A DNA stretch of 64,000 nt from Leptospira sp. (GTDB lineage Bacteria > Spirochaetota > Leptospiria > Leptospirales > Leptospiraceae). Each line of letters starts with the position of its first letter. Within the stretch, counting starts at the first letter, position 1. This document shows, in pieces, positions 43,388 through 54,992 of the stretch. The position numbers were made by a program, and so were the translations under genes. The stretch is taken from assembly GCA_034439575.1 (NCBI GenBank), contig JAWXAQ010000027.1, positions 128,001 through 192,000 of the forward strand. Direction: 5' to 3'. The notes beneath the pieces were generated by a model that was not told where the DNA came from, made no database searches, and worked only from the letters and a program-made list of their open reading frames with translations.

Positions 43388-43927
43388 ATGGCGACTGCAG
43401 AAAGAATTGAACATGCAAGAGGATTTGGCAGTAAACGTGCCAAAAAGACCACTTCGCTTGGAAACAAAAACTTAGTCCCAATTCCAAAGGGAGCAAAAAC
43501 TTCCAAAAAAAGAGTCGGACAAGGTCCTGGTTCTGGAATGGGAAAAACTTCTACTCGAGGTTCGAAAGGACAAAGAGCTCGTGCATCCTCCATGAAACGA
43601 GGGTTTGAGGGTGGTCAGATGCCACTTCACAAACGATTGCCGAAACGTGGTTTTACAAATATTTTTTCACAGGAATTCCAACCAGTTAACTTGCTTGTAC
43701 TAGCTAAAGCGGGCTTAAGTGGTGAAGTAACTCCTGCTATTTTACGTGCAAAAAGACTTATCAAATCCGAAGAAGGTTTAATCAAACTTCTAGGAACTGG
43801 TGAAATCACTGCTGCGATTACAATTACCGTTGATGCTGTTTCCGCTTCTGCAAAAGTAAAAATCGAGAAAGCTGGTGGAAAAGTAATCATTAGAGAAAAG
43901 AAAAAAGAAGAGAAGAAAAAAGCATAA
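43388..43927 (+). CDS. rplO: 50S ribosomal protein L15
   Basis: GFEGGQMPLHKRLPKRGF. Confidence 0.97.
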   Translation: MATAERIEHARGFGSKRAKKTTSLGNKNLVPIPKGAKTSKKRVGQGPGSGMGKTSTRGSKGQRARASSMKRGFEGGQMPLHKRLPKRGFTNIFSQEFQPVNLLVLAKAGLSGEVTPAILRAKRLIKSEEGLIKLLGTGEITAAITITVDAVSASAKVKIEKAGGKVIIREKKKEEKKKA

Positions 43928-43930
43928 CCA

Positions 43931-45310
43931 ATGTTTCAAACTATAGCAAACATCTTTAGAATTCCTGAATTAAGATCAAAAATTTTTTTTACAATTGGGA
44001 TGTTGCTCCTTTTTAGGATGGGAACTCATGTGACTATCCCAGGAATCAATAGCTTGATTGTGACTGGGATCACTGCCGATCCGAGCGAAGGTTTCCTCGG
44101 AATGGTAGATTTGTTTGCTGGTGGGGCACTCTTGAAGTTCTCCATATTTGCACTTGGGATTATGCCATACATTTCTTCTTCAATCATTATGCAACTAGTG
44201 ATGGTATTGATACCATCTTTACAAAAGATGCAAAAAGAAGGCGAAGAGGGTAGGAAAAAGATCCAACAGTATACAAAGTATGGAACATTACTTTTGTGTG
44301 CAGTTCAGTCTTTGGCTGTGATCCAATTGGCAAATTCTTGGTCAACTGGATCTGGAAATTCGCCTGCAAAATACCCGGGTCTAATCAATCCTTCTGTAGA
44401 ATCGTATTTTCTCCCCCTTGCTATGCTTTCTATTACAACAGGAACTGTATTACTTATTTGGTTAGGTGAACAGATTACTGAACGTGGTATAGGAAATGGT
44501 ATTTCTTTGATTATCTTTGCAGGTATCATCGGTAGAATGCCTGAAGCATTGATCGCTATGTTTACTTCCGACACTTCAGATGCACTTTCTGTTTTAATTT
44601 TATTAATCATCTTTGTTGTACTAATTGCACTTACTGTTGTTTTAACACAAGGTGTGAGACGAGTTCCACTAAACTATGGAAAACAAATGGTGGGACGTAA
44701 AATGGTGCAGGCTCGTAGCCAATCCATTCCGTTTAAAGTAAATAGTGCGAACGTGATGCCTATCATTTTCGCATCTTCACTTATTCTGTTTCCACAAACG
44801 ATTGTTCAGTGGCTATCATCTAAGGGTGGCCAGTGGGCTGGTTGGGCTGTGATTATGGATTATTTTAATCCATTCTCTCAAATTTGGTATCATGCTTTAT
44901 TTTACTTTGTTATTTATACTTCTTTGATTATCTTCTTTGCCTATTTTTATACGGCCATTCAGTTCAACCCACAAGAGTTAGCTGATAACCTTAAAAAATA
45001 TGGTGGGTTCATTCCTGGTGTTCGTCCCGGTTCTCAAACCAAGGAAATGATCGAAAAAATTCTAAACCGTATTACTTTGCCTGGTGCTATGTTTCTTGCA
45101 GGTCTTGCACTTGCGCCTTATCTCATCATCAAGTTTTTGAATTTAGGTTCAAACACAGGTGGGGGAACTCTTGTGTATACTTTCGGTGGGACTTCGCTTT
45201 TGATTATGGTGGGTGTGGCTTTGGAAACTTTGAAACAAATTGAAGCCCAACTTCTGATGAGAAATTACGAAGGTTTCATGAAGAAAACTAAGATAAAAGG
45301 TAGGGCTTAA
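43931..45310 (+). CDS. secY: Preprotein translocase subunit SecY
   Basis: [34 protein letters not shown]. Confidence 0.99.
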   Translation: MFQTIANIFRIPELRSKIFFTIGMLLLFRMGTHVTIPGINSLIVTGITADPSEGFLGMVDLFAGGALLKFSIFALGIMPYISSSIIMQLVMVLIPSLQKMQKEGEEGRKKIQQYTKYGTLLLCAVQSLAVIQLANSWSTGSGNSPAKYPGLINPSVESYFLPLAMLSITTGTVLLIWLGEQITERGIGNGISLIIFAGIIGRMPEALIAMFTSDTSDALSVLILLIIFVVLIALTVVLTQGVRRVPLNYGKQMVGRKMVQARSQSIPFKVNSANVMPIIFASSLILFPQTIVQWLSSKGGQWAGWAVIMDYFNPFSQIWYHALFYFVIYTSLIIFFAYFYTAIQFNPQELADNLKKYGGFIPGVRPGSQTKEMIEKILNRITLPGAMFLAGLALAPYLIIKFLNLGSNTGGGTLVYTFGGTSLLIMVGVALETLKQIEAQLLMRNYEGFMKKTKIKGRA

Positions 45311-45314
45311 AAAC

Positions 45315-45878
45315 ATGAAACGATTAATATTTATGGGTCCACCGGGTGCCGGCAAAGGAACACAAGCAGACATCGTAAAAGCAAAATTTAAAATTCCTCA
45401 AATCTCCACTGGAGATATGCTACGAGCAGCTGTTAAAGCTGGCACCAATATGGGTGTAGAAGCAAAAAAATTTATGGACGCTGGAGACCTTGTTCCAGAT
45501 GCTGTCGTTATAGGCATTATCCGCGACCGTTTGGTCGAATCGGATTGTGCGAATGGATTCATACTGGATGGATTTCCTAGGACGGTGGAGCAAGCAAAAG
45601 CTCTCTCGGAAATCCTCAAAGAGCTTCATATGGAGCTCGACTCCGTTGTCAACCTAGAGGTTCCCGATGAAGAATTGGTGAAACGTTTGCTAGGTCGAGC
45701 GATCAAAGAAGGACGCTCTGATGACAACGAAGAGACCATCAAAAACCGTCTGCATACTTACAATACAAAGACTTTGCCCCTGATCGACTTTTATAAAGGC
45801 ACAGGTATCCTTCGGCAAATCAATGGATTGGGAAGTATGGAAGAAATCACCGATTCTATTTTAAAACAGATTCAATAG
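45315..45878 (+). CDS. adk: Adenylate kinase (short-LID type)
   Basis: [23 protein letters not shown]. Confidence 0.98.
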   Translation: MKRLIFMGPPGAGKGTQADIVKAKFKIPQISTGDMLRAAVKAGTNMGVEAKKFMDAGDLVPDAVVIGIIRDRLVESDCANGFILDGFPRTVEQAKALSEILKELHMELDSVVNLEVPDEELVKRLLGRAIKEGRSDDNEETIKNRLHTYNTKTLPLIDFYKGTGILRQINGLGSMEEITDSILKQIQ

Positions 45879-45888
45879 GAGAATCACC

Positions 45889-46107
45889 CTGGCTAAGGAA
45901 GAAGCAATTACCATTGATGGGACAGTTCTAGAACCGTTACCGAATGCTATGTTCCGCGTGGAACTTGAGAATGGTCACAAGGTTTTAGCGCATATCTCTG
46001 GTAAGATGAGGATGCACTATATCAGAATTCTACCTGGTGATAAAGTGACAGTGGAGCTTTCTCCGTATGATTTGACCAAGGGTCGTATTACTTACAGAAA
46101 GAAATAG
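45889..46107 (+). CDS. infA: Translation initiation factor IF-1, apparent CTG start (not in ORF track)
   Basis: CTG-GCT-AAG-GAA gives (M)[10 protein letters not shown]...[10 protein letters not shown]...HISGKMR...[23 protein letters not shown] 7 nt upstream. Confidence 0.93.
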   Translation: MAKEEAITIDGTVLEPLPNAMFRVELENGHKVLAHISGKMRMHYIRILPGDKVTVELSPYDLTKGRITYRKK

Positions 46108-46115
46108 GGAAGCAT

Positions 46116-46229
46116 ATGAAAGTTAGAGCATCAGTCAAAAAAATCTGTACCGAATGCAAAGTCATTCGCAGAAAAGGTGTAATCCGCGTGATTTGCACCA
46201 ACCCAAAACACAAACAAAGGCAAAGATAA
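46116..46229 (+). CDS. rpmJ: 50S ribosomal protein L36 (not in ORF track)
   Basis: [37 protein letters not shown]. Confidence 0.97.
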   Translation: MKVRASVKKICTECKVIRRKGVIRVICTNPKHKQRQR

Positions 46230-46235
46230 GATAGT

Positions 46236-46613
46236 ATGGCACGTATCGCAGGCGTTGATTTACCCTCAAATAAAAGAATTGTAATAGGTCTTACCTATGT
46301 ATTTGGCATAGGAAGAACATCCTCACAGAAGATCCTCAAAAAAGCGGGGATTGATGAAAGCATCCGAGTCAAAGATTTAACTGATGAACATGAAGCGGCA
46401 ATACGTCGTGTGATTGAAGAAGATTACCAAGTAGAAGGGGATCTAAGATCAGAAGTTAACCTTAACATCAAACGATTGATGGATGTGGGATGTTATAGAG
46501 GTCTTCGCCATAGAAGAGGACTTCCTGTGAACGGTCAAAGAACAAGAACTAACGCAAGAACACGTAAAGGTGTTAAGAAGACAGTTGCGAATAAGAAAAA
46601 GGTAACTAAGTAG
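46236..46613 (+). CDS. rpsM: 30S ribosomal protein S13
   Basis: [26 protein letters not shown]. Confidence 0.99.
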   Translation: MARIAGVDLPSNKRIVIGLTYVFGIGRTSSQKILKKAGIDESIRVKDLTDEHEAAIRRVIEEDYQVEGDLRSEVNLNIKRLMDVGCYRGLRHRRGLPVNGQRTRTNARTRKGVKKTVANKKKVTK

Positions 46614-46622
46614 AGATCATAT

Positions 46623-47036
46623 ATGGCTGAAAAAGAAACAAAAGGCAAAAAAGACACAAAGAAAGTCAAAAAAAAGGAAAAGAAAAACGTTCCGAGAGGA
46701 AAGGTTTATATCCAGGCTTCTTTCAATAATACTATCGTTTCGATCACAGATATGGTCGGAAATGTTTTATCATGGTCCTCTTCTGGAATGATGGGATTTC
46801 GTGGATCTAAAAAATCAACACCTTATGCAGCTCAAATTGCTGCAACAAATGCCGCAGAAAAAGCAATCGATGCTGCGGGATTATCTGAAGTTGATGTTAT
46901 GGTTTCTGGTCCTGGAATCGGTCGTGAATCAGCAATTAGGTCACTTACCACAAAAGGATTGTTAATTAAACTAATAAAGGATGTTACACCTCTTCCGCAT
47001 AACGGTTGTCGTCCTCGCAAAAGAAGAAGAGTTTAG
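46623..47036 (+). CDS. rpsK: 30S ribosomal protein S11
   Basis: ASFNNT, KSTPYAA, PHNGCRP. Confidence 0.99.
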   Translation: MAEKETKGKKDTKKVKKKEKKNVPRGKVYIQASFNNTIVSITDMVGNVLSWSSSGMMGFRGSKKSTPYAAQIAATNAAEKAIDAAGLSEVDVMVSGPGIGRESAIRSLTTKGLLIKLIKDVTPLPHNGCRPRKRRRV

Positions 47037-47055
47037 GTAGGAATAGGAATTATAT

Positions 47056-47688
47056 ATGGCACGTTATAGAGGACCCGTTGTAAAGTTGATGAGAAGAGAG
47101 GGATTAAATCTCTTTCTTAAAAATAGTCACACACTTAACAAAGATAAATCATCATTAGAAAAAAGAAAATACCCACCAGGTTTACCTCCTAAGAAAAAGG
47201 GGAAAATTACTGAATACGGTGCTCAGCTTCGTGAAAAACAAAAAGTAAAGAGAGCCTATGGTGTTTTAGAAAAACAATTCCGCAGATATTTTGAAGAAGC
47301 ATCTCATACTCCAGGTATTCCGGGCGAAAACTTACTCCAATTTTTGGAAAGAAGATTGGACAATGTATTGTATCGCATGGGCTATGCGGTAACTCGTAGA
47401 CAAGCAAGAAACTTTGTAGCACACAGACACGTTCTTGTGAACGACCACAGAGTGGATATTTGTTCCTACCGAGTCAATATTGGTGATAAAATTCAAATCC
47501 GAGATAAATTTCAAAAGTCTACTTTTATAGAAGAAAACATCCGTCTTGCGCAAGCGATTAACCGAAGTGCTTCTTGGCTAAGTGTTGATTTTGCAAATTT
47601 TTCAGGGGAAATTTTGTCTCTTCCAACAAGAGATCATATTGATATCCCTATTAAAGAACAAGTTATCGTAGAGTTGTACTCTAAGTAA
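47056..47688 (+). CDS. rpsD: 30S ribosomal protein S4
   Basis: QLREKQK, LERRLDN. Confidence 0.99.
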   Translation: MARYRGPVVKLMRREGLNLFLKNSHTLNKDKSSLEKRKYPPGLPPKKKGKITEYGAQLREKQKVKRAYGVLEKQFRRYFEEASHTPGIPGENLLQFLERRLDNVLYRMGYAVTRRQARNFVAHRHVLVNDHRVDICSYRVNIGDKIQIRDKFQKSTFIEENIRLAQAINRSASWLSVDFANFSGEILSLPTRDHIDIPIKEQVIVELYSK

Positions 47689-47718
47689 GCAAACGAATCT
47701 AGAGAGAAGGTTACGACA

Positions 47719-48696
47719 TTGTCCCCAAAGAATTTATTAAAAGGTTTTAAAAGACCAAAGAAAATCGAATTCACGACTGATGTGAATACTCCTAACTATG
47801 GTAAGTTTGTTGCCGAACCTTTTGAAAGAGGAATCGGCACGACAATAGGAAACTCACTTCGTAGAACACTCATGTCTTCTATTGAAGGAGCTGCAATTTC
47901 TGCCATTCGCATTGAAGGCGTAACTCACGAATTTGCTTATGTTGAAGGTGTTGCGGAAGACGTAACTCGTATCATTTTAAACTTAAAACAAGTTAGAATT
48001 AAGTACGAACCGGAAGACAAAGAAGCAAGCAAAGTAATTCATATAGAATTGAAAGGTGCAGGTTACTTTAGAGCTGGTGACCTTGCGATTGATTCCTCAA
48101 TCGAAATCATGAATCCGGATCTACACATTGCCACTTTGAATGAAGATGCAAATGTGATTTTGGATTTAGAAATCCAAAGAGGAAGAGGATATGTTCCTGC
48201 TGAAGATAAGAAAAAAGATATAGAAGTTCTTGGAACTATCCCTATCGATTCAATATTTTCACCAATTCAAAAAGTACTATTCGAAGTTTCCGAAACTCGT
48301 GTTGCTCAAAGATCTGATTATGAAAAACTAACTTTAGAAGTTTGGACTGATGGATCTGTGTCTCCGGAAGATGCAGTAGCCCAAGCCGCTAAAATTTTGA
48401 AAGATCATTTGACTGTATTTATCAATTTTGAAGAAGAAATTGAAGAAGAAGAAGAAGAGTTAGATGAAGCTGACGAAAAACTTAAGGCTTCTTTATCAAA
48501 ACACGTAGAAGAACTAGAATTGTCTGTAAGATCTTCAAATGTCCTTCGAAGTCTTGAAATAGATTTCATAGGCGAACTCGTTAAGAGAACTGAAGAAGAA
48601 ATGACGAAATCAAAACATTACAGCGAACAAAGTTTAGTCGAGTTAAAAGCTAGACTTTCTTCACTTGGACTTTCATTCGGAATGAGAGATTTTTAA
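47719..48696 (+). CDS. rpoA: RNA polymerase alpha subunit
   Basis: [27 protein letters not shown] start. Confidence 0.98.
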   Translation: MSPKNLLKGFKRPKKIEFTTDVNTPNYGKFVAEPFERGIGTTIGNSLRRTLMSSIEGAAISAIRIEGVTHEFAYVEGVAEDVTRIILNLKQVRIKYEPEDKEASKVIHIELKGAGYFRAGDLAIDSSIEIMNPDLHIATLNEDANVILDLEIQRGRGYVPAEDKKKDIEVLGTIPIDSIFSPIQKVLFEVSETRVAQRSDYEKLTLEVWTDGSVSPEDAVAQAAKILKDHLTVFINFEEEIEEEEEELDEADEKLKASLSKHVEELELSVRSSNVLRSLEIDFIGELVKRTEEEMTKSKHYSEQSLVELKARLSSLGLSFGMRDF

Positions 48697-48697
48697 G

Positions 48698-49231
48698 ATG
48701 AGAAAAAAAAATAAAGTAAAACAACTAAATCGTTCTGCTGATCATAGAAAAGCTATGATCCAAAATATGGTGATTTCTTTGCTTCGCCACGAAAGAATTG
48801 AATCTTCCGTTGCTAAATTGAAAGTCGCTAGGTCTTATGCAGAACGCATTATCACTCGTGCCAAAAGAAATTTGGATGCAAATCTCACAAATTTGGATGA
48901 TAAGAAAAAAGCAGAAACTATTCTCCATAACACTCGGTACCTATACACTCATCTAGGAGATGCGGAAATCGTTAACAAATTGTTAACTGACCTATCTTCA
49001 AGATTTGCTACAAGAGTTGGTGGTTATACAAGAATCGTTCGTCTAGTGAATCGCCAATCAGACAATACCGAAATGGGAATTCTCGAACTTGTAGAACGCA
49101 AAACGCAAGATGAATTGAAAGAAGAAGTTCGTCAAAAGAGAGAAAAGTCTGCGACTTCCAAAGGGAAAACAAAAGTCGAAAGTAAAGATAAAAAAGAGAA
49201 AAAGGAAAAGAAAGTAGCGAAGGCGAAATAA
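48698..49231 (+). CDS. rplQ: 50S ribosomal protein L17 (extended)
   Basis: [17 protein letters not shown]. Confidence 0.96.
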   Translation: MRKKNKVKQLNRSADHRKAMIQNMVISLLRHERIESSVAKLKVARSYAERIITRAKRNLDANLTNLDDKKKAETILHNTRYLYTHLGDAEIVNKLLTDLSSRFATRVGGYTRIVRLVNRQSDNTEMGILELVERKTQDELKEEVRQKREKSATSKGKTKVESKDKKEKKEKKVAKAK

Positions 49232-49255
49232 TCTCTTTTCATTCATCTCTTAAAG

Positions 49256-49295
49256 AATCCGTTAAAAGAGGTAAAACTTTTTAACGGATTTTTTT
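49256..49295 (+). terminator. Intrinsic terminator closing the alpha operon (possibly bidirectional)
   Basis: AATCCGTTAAAA...TTTTAACGGATT 12-bp stem running into a T tract. Confidence 0.8.
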
Positions 49296-49356
49296 ATGCC
49301 CTAAGCCTTAGCTGGGGTTTTTTAGGAATCAATGAAATTTATGCGATATTTTGCCG

Positions 49357-50160
49357 TTAATCCTCGAATTCAATATTATAGAATAATTGTGATCCAATTC
49401 TAATTCCTTTTTTATCTTCTTCATTCGTATTATGATAATGAACAGGAAAGGTAAATATAAAAGGTTTCTTTATCTTTATTAGTTCATTAACCTGATTATT
49501 TGACCATTCGCATATGTTATTTCCTCCATCCGCAATTTGGTATTTTTCTGTATTATTATATTTAAGAATCTCAGTAACCTTTAAAATTAGTTTATCATTT
49601 GTTAAAGTATAATTTCCTGTGAAATATTGAAACCTTGGAAGGTTTCTCATTTCTGAAGAATAAAATTTGAATGTATTGTTCTTAAAGAATTGAATTCGTT
49701 CATTGTATCCGCTTCCAACGGAATAGGATCCATGCCATTTTCCGATTATGTAATCAGAGTTAGGTAAGCTCGGCTCTTTTAAGTTATTTTCAAAATATTT
49801 TATTTGTTCGATAGAGTTTTTTTCAATTTCATTTAGAGATTTAAGTATTAGAGAATGATCTTTTGTTTTACTTACATACCATTTTCTTTTATTAAAGTAA
49901 CTTCTTAAATCTTCAGATTCAAATATAAAACCATGCTTTGCAAAATAAAAATTTCTTAAAATTCTTAGCTGAGAATCATTCATCGCAGCAAGGTGTAAAT
50001 TAGAGATAGAATAGTGCGAAAATGAGAGATCATTTTTTTCTATTTTATTCAGAAAATAAGCGGAATCAAATTCATCATAAAGGAATTCTTCGCAAATTTT
50101 TTCTGAGGGTTCGCTGTATAGGTAGATTGGTATAATGAGTATTAAAATTATTCTTTTCAT
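49357..50160 (-). CDS. YARHG-domain protein, probably exported
   Basis: LRILRNFYFAKHGFIF.SEDL..YF...WY and LNEIEK; N-terminal signal-like MKRIILILIIP. Confidence 0.8.
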   Translation of the reverse strand: MKRIILILIIPIYLYSEPSEKICEEFLYDEFDSAYFLNKIEKNDLSFSHYSISNLHLAAMNDSQLRILRNFYFAKHGFIFESEDLRSYFNKRKWYVSKTKDHSLILKSLNEIEKNSIEQIKYFENNLKEPSLPNSDYIIGKWHGSYSVGSGYNERIQFFKNNTFKFYSSEMRNLPRFQYFTGNYTLTNDKLILKVTEILKYNNTEKYQIADGGNNICEWSNNQVNELIKIKKPFIFTFPVHYHNTNEEDKKGIRIGSQLFYNIEFED

Positions 50161-50218
50161 AGATTGGATTTTAGAATCCTTTATTTAAAAGTTTATATTT
50201 TTGAATTTATTTTTTCTT

Positions 50219-50269
50219 AAAAATGATTCACCCATTTGCAGCATCATAATTGCCGCTAGGGGGTGAATC
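50219..50269 (-). terminator. Stem-loop terminator downstream of the acyltransferase-GpsA fusion
   Basis: Minus strand GATTCACCC..GCGGCA-loop-TGCTGC..GGGTGAATC then ATTTTT. Confidence 0.6.
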
Positions 50270-50285
50270 GGACCATCTAAATTCT

Positions 50286-52304
50286 TTAATTTCTGGCCAA
50301 TTGCAATTGTAGAGTCTCAGCAATTTTATCAAAGTCTTCGTTTTGAATCACAGCCCTATAGGATGAAGTGACGATCGGATGTCTTTTTTCATCTAAGTTG
50401 ATGAGATTAGGAAGAACTTTGAGTCCATAAAAACCATTCGTGATTTTTTCTGGTCTGGTACCGTAGGCCAAGTCGTATCCGTACTTTCTATCACGAGTAT
50501 CAGATCCGAAACAAGCTAACATAAAGTCTGTCATACCTGAAAGACCGTTGAAAGTAGTCGGATCTCCACCGAGTAAAACACCAATGGACACCATTTCATT
50601 AAAGAAACGATTTGAAAGATGGAAGAGAGTGTTGTCTACGTTTCCACCTAATTCTTTTTTGAAATAGCCTTCGACGAGTCCCATTGCAACCGCATAAATC
50701 GTTTTCAATGCACCGCCTAACTGAACACCTTTGGTGTCACGAGAATTGATCGCAGGTCTAGTGAATACATAACTAGTGTTAAAAAGAGCTTGTAGTTTAG
50801 GAATCAAGGAATCTTCAAAGGACCCAATTTCAAAACCGGATATTTTTCTTTCCATGATTTGATCTGGATAACATGCCCCAGAAATCACTGCTAATCGTTC
50901 TCTTTCAATTCCCATTAGATCATTTAAGTCTTCAAGAATCAGCCCTTTTTTGGAACCGGTGAATCCTTTGATCACATTGATAAATGGAGATTTATTTTTT
51001 TGGATATAGGATTTGATCTTTGGATAAACGGTATCAAAGTCCCAAGGATTTGTACCTTGGATAAATAGAGTTGCTCTTTCACAAACAGTCGGATCAGAAG
51101 AGAAAACTATATTTGGAGGAAGTTTGTAAATAGGGTAATGTAAAACGTCTCTTCTTTCCTCATTGCACTGTTTGACGATGTCTTCTTCTGGTTGATATAC
51201 TGTGACTTCCACATTTTTATTGGCCAAAACGCAACCGATAGCAACTGACATATTCGAAGAACCAATCACAACGATTCGCTCTTTCGGTTCTTTCGGTAGG
51301 CTAATCAAAAGATTTGACTTCTGGTCATCACCTTTGTAAAGATTGCGATAGGTTCCGTGTTTGTGTTTGTTTAAATTGGAACCTACTAACAAAGCCAAGT
51401 TGTCGATGATGAATTGTTTTTTATCGCCAACGCCAGGAAAGGAAATTTGTTCAATATGTGATGGAAAGGTAGCCATTTCCTTTTTGGTTAATTCACCAAC
51501 AAGCACTGGTTTACCGATGACAAGTTTACCGACGGCTTGGTTAAATAATAATCCTTCGATCGGTAAAATTCTATCTGTGCCTTCCAAAGAAATGGGAAGG
51601 ATCACTTTATTTGCCACATAATGATAAACGGTGTCAACGAATGGCATCAAACGCCCGTCACGCGATCTTGTCCCTTCAGGGAATATGGAAATGATTTTGC
51701 CGTCGTTTTGGAGCTTTTGCGAATTTCGGAAAGCTCGCATGTTTATTTTTGTCATCAAGTCTGAGAGGGAAGGATTGTCCGCCATATCCTTTTTGGAACA
51801 AACAAGAAGGGTTCCAAACATATAAAGGCCCAGCCGAGTGAAATCTGGCTCAAAGGCTAGTCTACCTGCAATGAAAACAAGAGACTGTGCAATTTTTCGT
51901 CCGACATCGCCCGTATTGTAAAGTAGAGTGAAGATAGCCGGAGCATCGAGGTGACTCAAGTGATTTGATATAAGAGTGACTGGATACTTCCCGATCACAT
52001 CATTTAGGAGGTTGAGATTTTCAACGCCCTCGACCGTGAATTTTTTCATGATAGGATCAAGAAACTTAAGCATAAAGTCCCGAGGTTCCTCTTTGATATC
52101 CGTGAAAACACCAATCTCTTCTAGACGTTCTGGTTCTGTGAAGATATCCATTACCTTAGGCTTTGGGGTAGCCTGGGAGAGAACGAGAAATTCTTCTAAA
52201 ATTGCTTTGGCTTCGGCCTGCGTAAGGCCTGATTTCATAAATAAATGAATGTTTTCAAAAAATTCTTTATGCCACCTGCCGAGTGTGGCTTCTTTTTCTG
52301 TCAT
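50286..52304 (-). CDS. Fusion: glycerol-3-phosphate acyltransferase domain plus NAD(P)H-dependent glycerol-3-phosphate dehydrogenase (GpsA)-like domain
   Basis: NHLSHLD (HX4D) and FPEGTRS; C-terminal half has IKG, GVQLGGALK, GLSGMTD. Confidence 0.85.
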   Translation of the reverse strand: MTEKEATLGRWHKEFFENIHLFMKSGLTQAEAKAILEEFLVLSQATPKPKVMDIFTEPERLEEIGVFTDIKEEPRDFMLKFLDPIMKKFTVEGVENLNLLNDVIGKYPVTLISNHLSHLDAPAIFTLLYNTGDVGRKIAQSLVFIAGRLAFEPDFTRLGLYMFGTLLVCSKKDMADNPSLSDLMTKINMRAFRNSQKLQNDGKIISIFPEGTRSRDGRLMPFVDTVYHYVANKVILPISLEGTDRILPIEGLLFNQAVGKLVIGKPVLVGELTKKEMATFPSHIEQISFPGVGDKKQFIIDNLALLVGSNLNKHKHGTYRNLYKGDDQKSNLLISLPKEPKERIVVIGSSNMSVAIGCVLANKNVEVTVYQPEEDIVKQCNEERRDVLHYPIYKLPPNIVFSSDPTVCERATLFIQGTNPWDFDTVYPKIKSYIQKNKSPFINVIKGFTGSKKGLILEDLNDLMGIERERLAVISGACYPDQIMERKISGFEIGSFEDSLIPKLQALFNTSYVFTRPAINSRDTKGVQLGGALKTIYAVAMGLVEGYFKKELGGNVDNTLFHLSNRFFNEMVSIGVLLGGDPTTFNGLSGMTDFMLACFGSDTRDRKYGYDLAYGTRPEKITNGFYGLKVLPNLINLDEKRHPIVTSSYRAVIQNEDFDKIAETLQLQLARN

Positions 52305-52426
52305 GCGTACCCTCTAAACCGACATTAATCTAACGAAAGAATTCGTTTTGTCTATCTGATTTTTACAATTGATTGCATAAATCATGTAATTATCTAATCT
52401 GTCTTCTTGGGTATAATTCCCAAGTC

Positions 52427-53458
52427 ATGAATTCAATAAAAAAATCAAAACTTGCTGAACGACGCTGGATCCCAGATGGATTTCATTTTTTGGGACCAGA
52501 GGAAAGTGAAAATAGACGAAAATTGCTACAATCTCTTTCCAAATGTCTGGAAGATGCGAAGTATTCGGAAATCAGCTTACCGGCATTTGACTACACATCT
52601 TCTTTTCAATCCCATATTGGTGGACTAGATTCATCGGACTTGCTGACAGCGAAAGATTATGATGGGTATTCTTTATCACCGGGCGTAGACCTTACTTTGC
52701 AAGTGGTAAAAGGTATGGCAGCTCGTTCCCATTGGGCAGAAAATCAAAAAGTATATTATATCGGTCGAAAGATTCGTGATCATAAAAAACGAAATGCTTC
52801 CAGAAGAGAAATTTTGCAAATGGGAGGGGAATGTATTGGAGATAGTTCTCCAAAAAATGTAGTCTCTCAAGTTCAAATTTTAGAAAAGATGTGGACAATG
52901 GCGCTCGGGAAACCAAACGCAAGTTTTGTGCTAGGTCATGCTGGTTTACTCAGTTTAATTTTCCAAACTTTAAAATTAGATACTGAATATGAAAGTCGCG
53001 TTGCCCAATTTTTATATACTAAAAATGTACCAGAACTTATGTTCTTTGCTAAAAAAATTAATCTAAGCGACAAACAAATTTCCCTTCTTAAGCTCACCTT
53101 AAAACCTATCCAACTAGATAAATTTTCTAAATTTAAAGAAACTATCCTTAGTCAATTCCAAGATTCTATAAATCAAAAAGATTTATTAGTTTACTTAAAT
53201 GAAATTGAGGAATTTATCAACTCTTGGTTTAAAGAAAAGATAGGATTTGATGCGCTTTTTGATCCATCACTGATACGTGATCTGGATTATTATTCTGGCC
53301 TTGTGTTTCAGGGTTATATAGAAGGATCCTCCGAACCAGTATTTGCTGGCGGAGTATATAATGGACTTTATGAGACTTATACTGAAGTGAAAAAAGATGC
53401 ATGTGGTTTTGCACTACATATTGATCCAATAGAAGAAAAGATTTATTCCAAAAAATGA
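52427..53458 (+). CDS. hisZ: ATP phosphoribosyltransferase regulatory subunit HisZ
   Basis: IPDG, DLTLQV, REILQMGGE, RDLDYYSGLVF, GGVY, CGFA; upstream of purA; ATG 52427 preferred. Confidence 0.8.
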   Translation: MNSIKKSKLAERRWIPDGFHFLGPEESENRRKLLQSLSKCLEDAKYSEISLPAFDYTSSFQSHIGGLDSSDLLTAKDYDGYSLSPGVDLTLQVVKGMAARSHWAENQKVYYIGRKIRDHKKRNASRREILQMGGECIGDSSPKNVVSQVQILEKMWTMALGKPNASFVLGHAGLLSLIFQTLKLDTEYESRVAQFLYTKNVPELMFFAKKINLSDKQISLLKLTLKPIQLDKFSKFKETILSQFQDSINQKDLLVYLNEIEEFINSWFKEKIGFDALFDPSLIRDLDYYSGLVFQGYIEGSSEPVFAGGVYNGLYETYTEVKKDACGFALHIDPIEEKIYSKK

Positions 53459-53463
53459 GGTAA

Positions 53464-54741
<1,278 letters not shown>

Positions 54742-54783
54742 GAAGGAAAATTTAGGATCTCGAGGTATTTTTTTATGTATTGA

Positions 54784-54811
54784 TTGACCAAGAAGGGTAG
54801 GTCTTTATTCT
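54784..54811 (+). promoter_or_regulatory. Sigma70-like promoter for tRNA-Lys/tRNA-Glu
   Basis: TTGACC-N16-TATTCT, ending 14 nt before tRNA-Lys. Confidence 0.55.
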
Positions 54812-54824
54812 TGGCAACAGAGCA

Positions 54825-54900
<76 letters not shown>

Positions 54901-54917
54901 CACGTGTCATTTAAAAC

Positions 54918-54992
54918 GGTGCCATCGTCTAATGGTTAGGACACAAGGTTTTCATCCTTGCAATCGGGGTTCAATTCCCCGTGGCACTACCA
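54918..54992 (+). tRNA. tRNA-Glu(TTC)
   Basis: Acceptor GGTGCCA/TGGCACT; anticodon arm CAAGG-TTTTCAT-CCTTG; encoded CCA. Confidence 0.95.

Noticed and set aside
19925..49246. Many 60-140 aa antisense or alternate-frame ORFs within ribosomal, rpo and tuf genes
   Set aside because: Expected shadows of biased codon usage; no recognisable motifs
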